Positions 45,105 through 54,717 of a DNA stretch of 64,000 nucleotides are shown piece by piece (the stretch's first letter is position 1; each line of letters begins with the position of its first letter). The DNA is from an uncultured Spirochaetia bacterium (GTDB taxonomy: Bacteria > Desulfobacterota_D > UBA1144 > Nemesobacterales > UBA2774). Where the stretch lies: positions 2,315-66,314 of the forward strand of contig CAZUDM010000012.1 in the NCBI GenBank assembly GCA_964618635.1, given 5' to 3'. A program made the position numbers and the translations under genes. A model generated the notes under the pieces. It did not search any database. It was given only the letters and a program-made list of their open reading frames with translations, and was not told where the DNA came from.

Positions 45105-46358
45105 TCAGAACCTGCACGTTATCTTGAAGCCGTAGTAGTCGTAATCGTTCGTGACGCCAGCTGCGTACGTGAATGAAAAGTCTATGGCGTTCACGTAGGA
45201 GTCCGCTATTCTCTTCACTGTCGCCACGCCAAGGCCCATGTCGTAAAAGGTGTTGAGGTAGAGCTCGTTGCCCCAGAACTGTGTGAAATTGAAGAAGAGC
45301 TTGAACGCGGCGGGGTTGCCGAGGACGTTGAAATCGAGCTGCTGAGTGAGGTCGACGCCGTTCCTGAGAACATAGTTCGTGAGCTCGTAGCTGAGATCGT
45401 AGCCCTTTATCTTTATGCCGTCTATTGTCGTCGACATGCCGCCGAGCGTCCCGAAGCCGAGGTGTGTCGAGCCCATCTTGTAATGGAAATAGTTCGTGAG
45501 GCTGCCCGATACGAGCACGGCGAGCGCGCCGACGTCGAGGGACCCTACGCCGCCCGCCCTCACCATGGGCGTCAGGCTCCACCACCTCGTCGGTCGGAAC
45601 TGGACGCCCGTTCCGAAGGAGGCCATGTAAGACCATGCGCTCTCCGTCCGCGTGAGCGTTATGGGGAGATCGAAGATGATGGAGAGCTTCGGTACGCTTT
45701 TGAGATTCCACTTGTAGTTAATGGGAACGTTTACGACCTGTCCGCCGAATGCGCCGGCGTCGAAAAACCCGTACTCGGCTCCGAACGTGAACTGGTTTTT
45801 GATGCCTTCGATACGGCCCGAGGCGCTTATGAACGGCCCCGTTATTCCGGCGTCGAAGTCGGAGAGGAACATCCTCGTCTGGAGGCTGTTCGGGTTTCCG
45901 GCGACGGGGTCGACAGGCGAGTACCTGACCAGGAGCTGGAGGAGTGTGGTCAGCTTGGCGTCCGACGCGGACGCCGATTCATAGTTTCCCTTGAGCCAGT
46001 CCTCGAAGAGCTCCTGGCTCTCGTCCCTCGTCTCTCCCTCGAAGACGATTTCGAACCTCGTGCCGGGGACCCTGAAGATAAGGACGGGGGAATTTTCCGG
46101 ATACTCGATTACAACGCCGAGGCCCCTGAGGTCGACCCTGGCGAACACCGCCGAATTTGGGGTGTAGTCCGGGAAGAATTCCTCGAGAGACTTGTTGTCG
46201 AAGAAGTCGACTATCTTGAATATCTTGTTGGTCCCCTGGAAAACGCTATCGTCGTTGACCTCCATATCGGCTATGAAAAGGTCCCTTGCGCCGGAAGGGA
46301 GAGCGGAAAGTCCGTAAAGCGCGAGCACGAGCCACAATATGGCTATTCTCATGTGCAT
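45105..46358 (-). CDS. Hypothetical outer-membrane beta-barrel protein
   Basis: Signal peptide MRIAILWLVLALYGLSALPSGA. Alternating amphipathic strands. C-terminal ...GFKITCRF ends in Phe, as in OM beta-barrels. Start chosen at MHMRIA. Confidence 0.45.
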   Translation of the reverse strand: MHMRIAILWLVLALYGLSALPSGARDLFIADMEVNDDSVFQGTNKIFKIVDFFDNKSLEEFFPDYTPNSAVFARVDLRGLGVVIEYPENSPVLIFRVPGTRFEIVFEGETRDESQELFEDWLKGNYESASASDAKLTTLLQLLVRYSPVDPVAGNPNSLQTRMFLSDFDAGITGPFISASGRIEGIKNQFTFGAEYGFFDAGAFGGQVVNVPINYKWNLKSVPKLSIIFDLPITLTRTESAWSYMASFGTGVQFRPTRWWSLTPMVRAGGVGSLDVGALAVLVSGSLTNYFHYKMGSTHLGFGTLGGMSTTIDGIKIKGYDLSYELTNYVLRNGVDLTQQLDFNVLGNPAAFKLFFNFTQFWGNELYLNTFYDMGLGVATVKRIADSYVNAIDFSFTYAAGVTNDYDYYGFKITCRF

Positions 46359-46517
46359 GTATTCATCCTCCCACAAGACGGTCGTGCGCGGGGATACGCA
46401 GACCGCTCCATAATTACACAGCAAATCGGATTTAACTTCAAGATGTGAAAATCGCGAGGAGCAAGATTAAACAGGATGGAAATGGGCCCGGAGTGGATAT
46501 CCGGGCCCTGGATTCTT

Positions 46518-47174
46518 TTATCTTTCGCTTCGCCTTACGCTCGCGAACTGCCTTGCGGCCTCGGGAAGGACCTTCTCGATGTTCTCGGGCGTGGGCTCGA
46601 TGTTGTTGATCTCGACTATGGCTTTCGCCATGCCGCGTATTATCACGCTCCTGTCGGCGTTCTCGGCGTTAAAGGCCTGTGTCTGCTCGGGCGTGAGAGA
46701 GCCCCTTTGAATGAGAAGGCCCTGATCGCCTTCGGCGACGAGTCCCTGGGATACCATCTGCCTTATAGTGGCCAGTCTCTGGGAGCGTCTCTTGTAGGCG
46801 GCGATCACGTCCGGCATGCTCCTTATCTTCTCGGTTATCTGCTGGGCGATATTGCCCTGCGCCCAGGCGTACTCGCCGAAGTCGAGCGATATTTCTTTCT
46901 TGAGGGCGATGACCTTGCGCTCCGAAAGCACGGGCTTGTCGGGATAGCTCGCCTTACTCTGCGGGCCGGGCGTTGGTTTTGCCGCCGGAGACGCCTCACC
47001 CGAAGGCTTCTCAGCCGGGGGCTGCGCCAGGAACTCCTCTTCGAGGCTCGAATACGCCTCCCTGACCTCTTCCGCCGGGAAGTAGACGTTGACTGTTATC
47101 GTCGCGCAGGAGGCGGCGTAGAAAGAGACCGCCAAAAGAAGAAACTTAAGATGTGCAAGCTTTAATATTTCCAT
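46518..47174 (-). CDS. Lipoprotein with an N-terminal YnbE-like segment and a C-terminal DUF1318 (YdbL-like) domain
   Basis: Lipobox AASC. CATITVNVYFPAEEV parallels E. coli YnbE (CTPRIEVAAPKEPITINMNVKIE). A P/A/E-rich linker follows. The C-terminal ~100 aa (RSQRLATIRQMVSQGLVAEGDQGLLIQRG...VIIRGMAKAIVEIN) fits DUF1318. Confidence 0.5.
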   Translation of the reverse strand: MEILKLAHLKFLLLAVSFYAASCATITVNVYFPAEEVREAYSSLEEEFLAQPPAEKPSGEASPAAKPTPGPQSKASYPDKPVLSERKVIALKKEISLDFGEYAWAQGNIAQQITEKIRSMPDVIAAYKRRSQRLATIRQMVSQGLVAEGDQGLLIQRGSLTPEQTQAFNAENADRSVIIRGMAKAIVEINNIEPTPENIEKVLPEAARQFASVRRSER

Positions 47175-47187
47175 TTCGTCTCCTCGC

Positions 47188-50100
47188 TCAGTTGGTTTCG
47201 ATCGTCGGGCCGCCCGACTGGGACCTTCGGGCTATCTCCCTTATCACCGATACAAAATGGGCTATGGATATCGAGTTCCTTATCGGGTCGGACTGTATAG
47301 ACAGGTTTTTAAAGCCCAGTATGGAATTCGATATTTCGAGCTTTTTGAACGTTATAACGCCGTCATTAATATAACCTGAAATCTCTCCCGTATCATAGCT
47401 CCGGTTGGAGCCGAGTATGAGCCTCTCCTTCGCGCCGAGCTGATCGAGAAGCGCCTTGCCGATAGTCCTCTGCTCCTTGGGGGAGCTGACCGACCAGAAT
47501 TCGAACGGCCCGTTTATCGTTCCGAGCTCGCCGCCTTCGCCGGTAAGCCATATAAGACCGTTCATGCGGCCCGTGATGTATTCCTGAACGGGGGAGAGCC
47601 GCCGCGAAATGCCCTGGAGGCTTACGTCGTTAAAGAGGAAGGAGAAGTTGTACGCGCTCTTTCCGCCGCCGTAGTCGAAGAGTCCCGTGCCGTAAAGCCT
47701 GCCGCCGAAGAAATCCGATACGAGCCTTGCGATGGTCAGCTTCTCATTGTCGGCTTCGAGCTCGCACTGAACGTTCTGGAACTTGAGTATCCCGTACTCG
47801 ATTTCGCCTATCCTGAGATGGTCGAGCTCGCCTGCCGGAGGGGGGGCGTCCCGAAGGGATTTATGGTACCTGTTGTAGACGTCCCTCCCGAGCTCGAGAC
47901 CGGTGTCGAGAAAGGCGGCGAGGGGATTCTCCGCCGTGCCGCTCTCCTTTATCGTCACCGAGCCGTTTATGCCCCTGACGCTGAGGAGTGCGCCGCCCAT
48001 GTACCCGTCGTAGGAGGCGTTTTTGAGGGTGACGTCGCCCTTCCACGACATCTCGGGGCTGAAAAGGTTTACGAATTCAGCGCGCATGGCCGCGCTCCCG
48101 TCGAGCCTCGCATCCCTGACAGATGGCGGAGCAAAGGGGGCCACGAGCCGGGAAAGGCTTTTAAGGGAGACTTCGGGCATCGAAAGCCCGGTCCGTATCG
48201 GGCCGGAAAGTATATTATCCATCTCTCCCTCGACTCTCAGGGTTGTACCCTCACTATCCCTTATAAACCCCTCCCTCACTGATAAGGTTTCACCGGACGT
48301 GGCGGCGTCGAGCCCGGCCTGAAGGATGGTCTGTCCAGTGCCGTCAGGGACTGTAAGGCCGTTAAGCTCGATCCTGCCGCCGCCTTCGGGAAGCGATCCG
48401 GGCACGAGCTGTCCCGAATAATTTATACGTGCGGAGCGTATTGGAATGTCCCGGGTTCCCGACTTTATTACGGCGTTATCGAGGCCGATATTGACCGCGA
48501 GCCCCGTTCTTTCGCCGGATGTCAGTATGTCGACCTTGCCTCCGAGCTCGCCCCCGCGGAGCCTTCCGGAAATGCCGCTTATCGAGACGCCTTCCGGAGC
48601 CGGCGAGATATTCAGGGAGAGGTTTTCGATCGTTTCGGAGGTGATTGTAGTCGACGGGGATTTTATGACGCCTTCCCATCCCTTTTCGTTCTTCGAGGAA
48701 TCGAGTATCGTGAAGCGGCCGGTCATGCCTTCGGACTTTATCCTGTCGTTGATCGCGGAGAAAACGCCGCCCGAGAAGTTTATCTCGTACGGGTATCCGC
48801 CCTGCCCCTTCCCGAAAACGACCCCGGCCCTCTCGGAGGTAAACACCCCTATCGTGCTTATTTGAGCCTCGACGGCGCGTATGTCCACGGAATCGCCCTT
48901 GTAATCGTATTCTGCCGATATAGCCGGGAGCTCGATGCCGTTGAAAACCCCGTCGCCGCCCTCTATGGTGCCCGAGAATCCATTCCTGCCGCTGTCATTT
49001 ATCACGAGGTGCTCTCTGAAGCTTCCGAGTGCGGCGTCCATGCCGAGCACCCTGAAGCCAGAGCCGCGTGAGTTCATTTCAAGCGCCCAGTCGCCGCCGA
49101 GGTCGATCGCAAAGCCGAGGTCTTCAATCTGTCCGCGCTCGATAAAGTAATCGGCAAAGGACAGGTTTTCGTAGCTGAGAGATTTGTCTTTCACGGAGAT
49201 TTTTCTGTGAGGTTCGGGAGCGCCGCCCCCTGCTTCCGCCGCGCCGGAAGTATATTCGACCCTCACAGGCGCGCCGGTTGCCGCTTTCGACAGATTAAAG
49301 TTCCTTCCCTCCCCAAGGTTTATTTCGAGGCCGTTTACGACGAACGATACGTCAACGCCATATTCGCCTTCACTTCCTTTAAAATCCGCACTCAGGGATT
49401 CCGCACTGCCCCCGATATCGAGGGGAACGAGACCTTCCGGAATTTTGGAGAGGTCGAGATTCTGCCCGGCGATCTTGCCGGAGAGCCCGCTCTTTCCACC
49501 TGAGACGTCAAGCCCAAGAGAGCCCGATATTCCGCCGCCGAGGTACTTCGCGTTTAAATTCTCAAGTTTGAATTCCGCATTATTAAACGATTCGCGCGCC
49601 GCAGCGCGGACTCCCGTCGAAACGTCTTTCATTTCCCCGGCAGTACTGGAGCCGACTGATTCGGCGGAGCATTTGCCGGACGCGCCGTGAGTGAAAGGAC
49701 TGCCCAGGGCCTGCGATACATCGAGCGCGCAGCCGAGACCTCTAACGTCAATCACGCCGTCTCCATATTCGAATCCTGCGTTCTCCACCAGGAGCTTTCC
49801 TGCAAGAGCCAGGTCGTTCTTTTTGAGCGATCCCGTGATTTTTAAATCCAATGCCCTTGCGCGGCCGGAGATTCTATCGGCGTCGAGCCACGGCAGGCGT
49901 TTCACGATGTTGGAGAGATTCCCCTCGCCCGAGCTGCCGGCGAGGTCGAAAACGGCGTCGCCCGTAACGTCCCTGATTTCTCCATTGAAATTTCCCGTCA
50001 GGACGCCGAGCACGTCGAAACCTAACTTCTCGAAAGATACGACGCCGGCATCGCTGTCGAAATCGAGAATGTAGCCGAGCTCGGCGAGCCGCGGGGCTTC

Positions 50101-50889
50101 CTTATTATCATCGGCGGCCGAGAGCGTGACGGAGCCCGACGACTTTACAGTCGCCGCCGCCCGGAATTCTATCTCGGCCCTGGCCGACACATCGGCGTGC
50201 TCTCCGCCGTCTTCGTCCGGGATGGGAATACCGCTCAGCTTGCCCGCGGTGAGGACGAATTTGCCGTCCGTCTCGCCGCTCCTTAGCATTACGGAGCCGG
50301 ATATTTCTGTATCGACGCCTTTTACGTTAATATCCCCCGCGGCGTGCACTTCGTCGTAGTCCCTTTCGCCGCTTCTCTTGACGATGAGAACGTTCATCGA
50401 TTTGGACGTCAGCACGAAATCCGGAGAGACCTCGAAGACGGCATCCCTCAGCCTCACCCGTTCGACTTCTACGGATACGCCGCCCTCCCCGCCGTCGCCC
50501 TTGATGAGATTCATGAGCCTGTCGGCTGCTTCGGAGTCGTACCTGACGACGGGCTCCTCGACGTATACGTCGCCGATGCTTATCCTGCGCCCGAATATGG
50601 AGGAGATTATCGAGGGGCTAACCGTTACGCCGCCGATTTCCGCGTAGGTTTTTCCGCCGTCGGGGGAATACATGCCGAGCCCCTTTACCCTGAGCCTGAA
50701 AAGCGGGTCGAAGGAGGCGCCGTCGTAGCGGATCTTGTAACCCAGCTTGCCGGCGAATTCTTCCAGGTAGGCCGGGGCCTCGGTCCCGAGCTTCTGATTG
50801 AGAAAGATGTTCAGGGAAACGAGCGCGGCGCACAGGACAAGGAGCAAAAGGAGTATTAGCTTTACATACCCTTTCTTGAATACCGCCAT
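47188..50889 (-). CDS. AsmA-like giant membrane-anchored protein, YdbH-like
   Basis: 1233 aa. N-terminal TM anchor (LILLLLLVLCAALVSLNIFL) and a long beta-rich body. Gene order matches the E. coli ydbH-ynbE-ydbL operon. Confidence 0.55.
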   Translation of the reverse strand: MAVFKKGYVKLILLLLLVLCAALVSLNIFLNQKLGTEAPAYLEEFAGKLGYKIRYDGASFDPLFRLRVKGLGMYSPDGGKTYAEIGGVTVSPSIISSIFGRRISIGDVYVEEPVVRYDSEAADRLMNLIKGDGGEGGVSVEVERVRLRDAVFEVSPDFVLTSKSMNVLIVKRSGERDYDEVHAAGDINVKGVDTEISGSVMLRSGETDGKFVLTAGKLSGIPIPDEDGGEHADVSARAEIEFRAAATVKSSGSVTLSAADDNKEAPRLAELGYILDFDSDAGVVSFEKLGFDVLGVLTGNFNGEIRDVTGDAVFDLAGSSGEGNLSNIVKRLPWLDADRISGRARALDLKITGSLKKNDLALAGKLLVENAGFEYGDGVIDVRGLGCALDVSQALGSPFTHGASGKCSAESVGSSTAGEMKDVSTGVRAAARESFNNAEFKLENLNAKYLGGGISGSLGLDVSGGKSGLSGKIAGQNLDLSKIPEGLVPLDIGGSAESLSADFKGSEGEYGVDVSFVVNGLEINLGEGRNFNLSKAATGAPVRVEYTSGAAEAGGGAPEPHRKISVKDKSLSYENLSFADYFIERGQIEDLGFAIDLGGDWALEMNSRGSGFRVLGMDAALGSFREHLVINDSGRNGFSGTIEGGDGVFNGIELPAISAEYDYKGDSVDIRAVEAQISTIGVFTSERAGVVFGKGQGGYPYEINFSGGVFSAINDRIKSEGMTGRFTILDSSKNEKGWEGVIKSPSTTITSETIENLSLNISPAPEGVSISGISGRLRGGELGGKVDILTSGERTGLAVNIGLDNAVIKSGTRDIPIRSARINYSGQLVPGSLPEGGGRIELNGLTVPDGTGQTILQAGLDAATSGETLSVREGFIRDSEGTTLRVEGEMDNILSGPIRTGLSMPEVSLKSLSRLVAPFAPPSVRDARLDGSAAMRAEFVNLFSPEMSWKGDVTLKNASYDGYMGGALLSVRGINGSVTIKESGTAENPLAAFLDTGLELGRDVYNRYHKSLRDAPPPAGELDHLRIGEIEYGILKFQNVQCELEADNEKLTIARLVSDFFGGRLYGTGLFDYGGGKSAYNFSFLFNDVSLQGISRRLSPVQEYITGRMNGLIWLTGEGGELGTINGPFEFWSVSSPKEQRTIGKALLDQLGAKERLILGSNRSYDTGEISGYINDGVITFKKLEISNSILGFKNLSIQSDPIRNSISIAHFVSVIREIARRSQSGGPTIETN

Positions 50890-50898
50890 GCTAAGATA

Positions 50899-51402
50899 TT
50901 AAATGACCGGGTATCTATTTAAAAGCGGCAATTGTGAGCGCTGGTTAAGAGAGTTTAAAGGGACGTCGGGATTTTTGACCGGGTCTATCGTTCTGGCCCT
51001 TATGACGTTCTTGATCTTGTAGAGAAAATAACTCTTCTCCTTCCAGAACCTGCCCATTATTCTTATTTCGTCGCCCTTCGTAATGCGGGTTCCGTCGTCC
51101 TCGAAGTAAACGTTGACTACCTTGTTCCCGGAATCCTTCAGCTCGAATACGGCGAACCTTTCGCCCTTGGGCGAGCGCTTGTAATCCACCTTCGCCACCT
51201 TCCCTTCGAGCGACACCTTCAGCGTGTCGAACTTTTTGGGGTTGGCGACGACCTCGGCAATGGTAGCGTTTATGATGTTCGACCCTCTTCCGGGGGGATC
51301 GTTGTCCACGGGCTCGTTTTCACCCTGCGCGCCTGCGTAGGCCACGGGCATCGACAATAAAACCAGTATCAACAAGGCAATTATTTTCATTAGCGCATTC
51401 AC
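50899..51402 (-). CDS. Secreted hypothetical protein (possible YgiW/BOF-like OB-fold)
   Basis: 167 aa with a signal peptide. ATIAEVVANPKKFDTLKVSLEGKVAKV resembles BOF/YgiW OB-fold periplasmic proteins. Weak assignment. Confidence 0.35.
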   Translation of the reverse strand: MNALMKIIALLILVLLSMPVAYAGAQGENEPVDNDPPGRGSNIINATIAEVVANPKKFDTLKVSLEGKVAKVDYKRSPKGERFAVFELKDSGNKVVNVYFEDDGTRITKGDEIRIMGRFWKEKSYFLYKIKNVIRARTIDPVKNPDVPLNSLNQRSQLPLLNRYPVI

Positions 51403-51566
51403 TTCCTTTTAAAGCCTTACCCCGATAGTATATGCATTGAGCTCCTATATTCCAGACCCGAAGACCGAAATTCACATCCGCGGACGACGCAGGATTAATC
51501 GGGGAAGGGTTAAATAATTCCCCGCAAACGGTTAGAATTGCAGGAGAAAAAGAGGGGGATACCGAT

Positions 51567-52367
51567 ATGCCGTCGATCTTCGTTAGAAAACTTAACGGGC
51601 TTTTAAAAACGGAGCTGATGGGGAAGGTCATACACTACCACGAGGAGACGGGCTCGACGAATTCGGTGCTTTACAGGCTGGCCGAGAACGGCGCTTCGGA
51701 GGGGACAGTCGTCGCCGCCGACATGCAGACCGAGGGCAAGGGGAGGCTCGGGCGGAAATGGATCTCGCCGCCGGGCGTTAACCTCTACATGTCGGTCCTC
51801 CTCCGGCCATCCATCCCCGCTTACGAGGCTCCCCTTCTCACGTTCACCGCCTCGATAGCGCTCGTGGAGACGATGAAAAAAACGGGCATACGCGAGCCGC
51901 TCATAAAATGGCCGAACGACATAATCATCGGGGAAAAGAAAGTAGCCGGTGTGCTCACAGAAATGAAGCCCAGGGGAGACAGGGCCGAATTCGTAATAGT
52001 GGGCATTGGGGTGAACATCAACATGACCGCGGAATCCATAAGGCGCGGGATGGGCGAGGCGTCTAAAACGGCGACTTCTCTCATGGAGCACCTAGGAAGG
52101 GAAGTCGAGCGCGCCAAGTTCACGGCCGACCTTCTTTTAGAGCTCGAAGCCTGGTACCGGACATTCAACAGGCGCGGGAAGGCCTCGATACTCGGCGAAT
52201 GGGCGGAGAGGTGGGGGGCGCGCGGGAAGAGGGTGAGGGTGAGCCTCGAAGACAAGACAGCCTTTCAGGGAATCGCCGAGGGCATAGACGGCGACGGGCA
52301 CCTGCTCGTGAGGAAGGACGACGGCGAGATCGTGACAGTCGTCGCGGGGGACGTCAGCACGCTCTAG
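51567..52367 (+). CDS. birA: Biotin--[acetyl-CoA-carboxylase] ligase (class I, no HTH domain)
   Basis: 266 aa. The motifs GRLGRKW, KWPNDIIIGEKKVAGVLTE and a C-terminal SH3-like region are present. Confidence 0.85.
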   Translation: MPSIFVRKLNGLLKTELMGKVIHYHEETGSTNSVLYRLAENGASEGTVVAADMQTEGKGRLGRKWISPPGVNLYMSVLLRPSIPAYEAPLLTFTASIALVETMKKTGIREPLIKWPNDIIIGEKKVAGVLTEMKPRGDRAEFVIVGIGVNINMTAESIRRGMGEASKTATSLMEHLGREVERAKFTADLLLELEAWYRTFNRRGKASILGEWAERWGARGKRVRVSLEDKTAFQGIAEGIDGDGHLLVRKDDGEIVTVVAGDVSTL

Positions 52368-52713
52368 CCGGGAATTCGTCCGGCGGGGTGCGGACGAGCT
52401 TCAATATTTCGTCACGCACGTTTTCCATGAGACACGTCCATTCGCTTACGAGCGAAGCGTCGTTTTCGGGGAGGGTTTTTCTGATTTCGATGCCGGAGCG
52501 GGTCGGCTTCACGCGGCAGTCCTTATAGGTTTCGTTTATCATAGCGCCGAACCTGTAAAGCGCTTTCACCGTGTCGCCGTCCGCGCCGCTGAACCTGGAG
52601 ACGAGGACGACTTCCTGATCGAAACCCTCGAAGACGAGGTTCCAGAGGCTTGCGCCGGATTCCATTCCGAAAGAGAGGGTTATTTTCTCGGGCTCTGTAG
52701 TTTCGTTCCCCAT
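52354..52713 (-). CDS. Hypothetical protein
   Basis: 119-aa ORF convergent with birA (14-nt overlap). No recognisable domain. It is the last gene of a minus-strand lipoprotein-TPR-hypothetical string. Confidence 0.3.
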   Translation of the reverse strand: MGNETTEPEKITLSFGMESGASLWNLVFEGFDQEVVLVSRFSGADGDTVKALYRFGAMINETYKDCRVKPTRSGIEIRKTLPENDASLVSEWTCLMENVRDEILKLVRTPPDEFPARAC

Positions 52714-52817
52714 TTGATACCCCCCGTTTTACCGGCCCCGAAGCGAACGTGAAGCTTAGAACGGCGCCGGAACGGGATCACTCGTTCCGGCGCGTCGGAT
52801 TTGAATTTCAGTCGATT

Positions 52818-53831
52818 CTACTGACCGCCGCCGAGGGCCGCGATCCTTTCCCTCGCCGTAGCCGCATAGCCCGCGTACTGTCCCTGTTCGAGCGACATTT
52901 CGAGGAACTTCCTGTAATACATGATGGCCTGCTGGGCGTTGTTCTCCCTGTCGTATCCCTGTGCTATGAAAAAGTAGGAGTCGGGATAATTCGGGTTGAG
53001 AGTTATGGCCTCTTTCTGCCGGGCGATGTTCTGGTTGAACTGGTTCAGGTAGAAGTAGGTGATTCCGAGGTTCATGTATGCCGGCGCGTACTTTGGATTG
53101 AGCTGTATCGCCTTCTCGTACTCGGATATTGCGGCATTGTAGTTGCCCTGCGTCCTGAGCACCGTGCCGAAGAGGTTGTGAATCTGCGCCGAGGGGGCAA
53201 GCTCCGCGGCCTTTTTGAAATACTCGCTCGCCTGTCCGTAGGAGCGCTTCTTGAAGAAGTAGGCGTTCCCGAGCCCTATGTATGCCGGGATGTAATCCGG
53301 GTCGAGCTCGAGGACTTTCCTTATCTCGGGAGAATCGGGATTCTCGCCGCTGGCCGACCAGAGGACGAACATCGCCTCGGGGTTATTCGGATTCTGCGAG
53401 AGAACTTTTTTTGCCGTGGCTATCGCCTCTTTCTCCCAGCTGAGATGAAGGTAGCTGTAGGCGAGGGCGACCTGTGTCTGCTCGAGATTCGGACCGAGCT
53501 CGAGCGCCTTTACGATATTGTTGTACGACTGGTTATAGAAATCCTCGTAGTCTTCCTTTACCTGATACCTGTAATAACCCATGAACGAATAAACTTCGCC
53601 AAGGCCGGCATAAGCGGCGGCGTCCTTCGGGTTGGCCTGGAGCGCGCGGTTGTAAAGCGATATGGCCTCCTCGAATCCTTCCGGTGTGAACTTTAAAAAC
53701 GCCTCCCTTCCCTGCTTGTCGAGCGCGGCCGCATCCTGCGCCGATGCCTGTAAGGAAAAGAGCTGCGAGACCCCGAAAACAGCGGCGGGGAGCAGCATGT
53801 AAAGAATAAATTTTCTCATCACTACCTCCAT
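52818..53831 (-). CDS. Secreted tetratricopeptide (TPR) repeat protein
   Basis: 337 aa with a signal peptide. It contains multiple TPR units (AxxYxxLGxxYxxxGxYxxAIxxYxKALELDP-like). Confidence 0.7.
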   Translation of the reverse strand: MEVVMRKFILYMLLPAAVFGVSQLFSLQASAQDAAALDKQGREAFLKFTPEGFEEAISLYNRALQANPKDAAAYAGLGEVYSFMGYYRYQVKEDYEDFYNQSYNNIVKALELGPNLEQTQVALAYSYLHLSWEKEAIATAKKVLSQNPNNPEAMFVLWSASGENPDSPEIRKVLELDPDYIPAYIGLGNAYFFKKRSYGQASEYFKKAAELAPSAQIHNLFGTVLRTQGNYNAAISEYEKAIQLNPKYAPAYMNLGITYFYLNQFNQNIARQKEAITLNPNYPDSYFFIAQGYDRENNAQQAIMYYRKFLEMSLEQGQYAGYAATARERIAALGGGQ

Positions 53832-53861
53832 TGGGTTTACCCTCAGAAAGATTATAAATTC

Positions 53862-54395
53862 TTAATGGTAAGTCTCAAGTATGTACTTGACGATTTCCTC
53901 GGCCAGGCTCTCGTATATATCCTTCGCCATGAAGCCGAGGGAGCTGAAGCCGTTTACCTCACCCGAGGAAATCTCATCCCCCGTGGCCTTGTTGACGAGA
54001 GCGATCTTTATGGTTACCGAGACCTCGCCGAACTTGAGGGCGCCGCCCTCGAACGAAACGTCGGAGCTCGGCCTGTATTCGCTCACCTCTCCCAGGACGA
54101 CTATAGTGTCGGACGCCGGGATGTTGTCGATGTTGCCGAATTTAACTTCCTTGAACTTGTCCTTCGATTCGAGGAGCGCAGCCGCCTGCTCGGGGACCTT
54201 CGTAAGGGCCTCTTCGGGGAAGTTTACGATCTCGGTTTCGATCGCATTGAACTGAACGGCCTGGTACTGCCCTAGCTTCGTCGTCGTGGGGGTGAAATAG
54301 GAAGTAGTCTTAATATTGGTACAGCCGGGGATCGAGAGCGCAAGCAAGGCCAGCGATAATATAGCGGTACGGACGTGATTATTCGCTCTACTCAT
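53862..54395 (-). CDS. Hypothetical lipoprotein
   Basis: Lipobox LSIPGC after MSRANNHVRTAILSLALLAL. No recognised domain. Start chosen at MSRANN (54395). Confidence 0.4.
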   Translation of the reverse strand: MSRANNHVRTAILSLALLALSIPGCTNIKTTSYFTPTTTKLGQYQAVQFNAIETEIVNFPEEALTKVPEQAAALLESKDKFKEVKFGNIDNIPASDTIVVLGEVSEYRPSSDVSFEGGALKFGEVSVTIKIALVNKATGDEISSGEVNGFSSLGFMAKDIYESLAEEIVKYILETYH

Positions 54396-54503
54396 TATAA
54401 AACCTGCCTCCTTTATAAATAAGTAGTATAAAATAGCATACTTCCCGGATTTGATAAACATCAGCCGGGCAAAATCGATATATCGTTATTAAAACAGAAC
54501 GCG

Positions 54504-54548
54504 TGACATATTTTGTCAGACGTTGCGCAGCAGTGACAAAATGTGTCA
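54504..54548 (+). promoter_or_regulatory. Two TGACA-N5-TGTCA palindromes (54504-54518 and 54534-54548), the second preceded by TTGCGCAGC. Putative enhancer-binding-protein site for pilin gene 1
   Basis: Read directly from the sequence. The site lies about 125 bp upstream of the sigma-54 -24/-12 element. A conserved 30-nt block is shared with the upstream region of pilin gene 2. Confidence 0.5.
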
Positions 54549-54658
54549 CATAGTGCAGGTTTTGGGATATTCTTAATTTGACCGATGATCTTACCCTTAG
54601 AATAAACTATCGTTAAATAAAGGTATGTTATATACAGCGACCCCGAAAAAAGAGCAGA

Positions 54659-54674
54659 TGGCACGGGCTTTGCA
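54659..54674 (+). promoter_or_regulatory. Sigma-54 (RpoN) promoter TGGCACG-N4-TTGCA for pilin gene 1
   Basis: tggcacgggctttgca is an exact match to the -24 GG / -12 GC consensus spacing. The ATG lies 44 nt downstream, behind an AAAAAGGAGG Shine-Dalgarno. Confidence 0.7.
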
Positions 54675-54717
54675 ACCATTTCAATTAAATTTAATTCCGA
54701 AAAAGGAGGTTATCGAT

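Noticed and set aside
47188-50889. Mobile element / phage tail fibre interpretation of the 1233-aa and 1298-aa giant proteins
   Set aside because: Both have a single N-terminal TM anchor, repetitive beta-rich bodies and a YdbL/YnbE-type partner, matching AsmA-like lipid-transport proteins. No integrase, transposase or phage genes are nearby.
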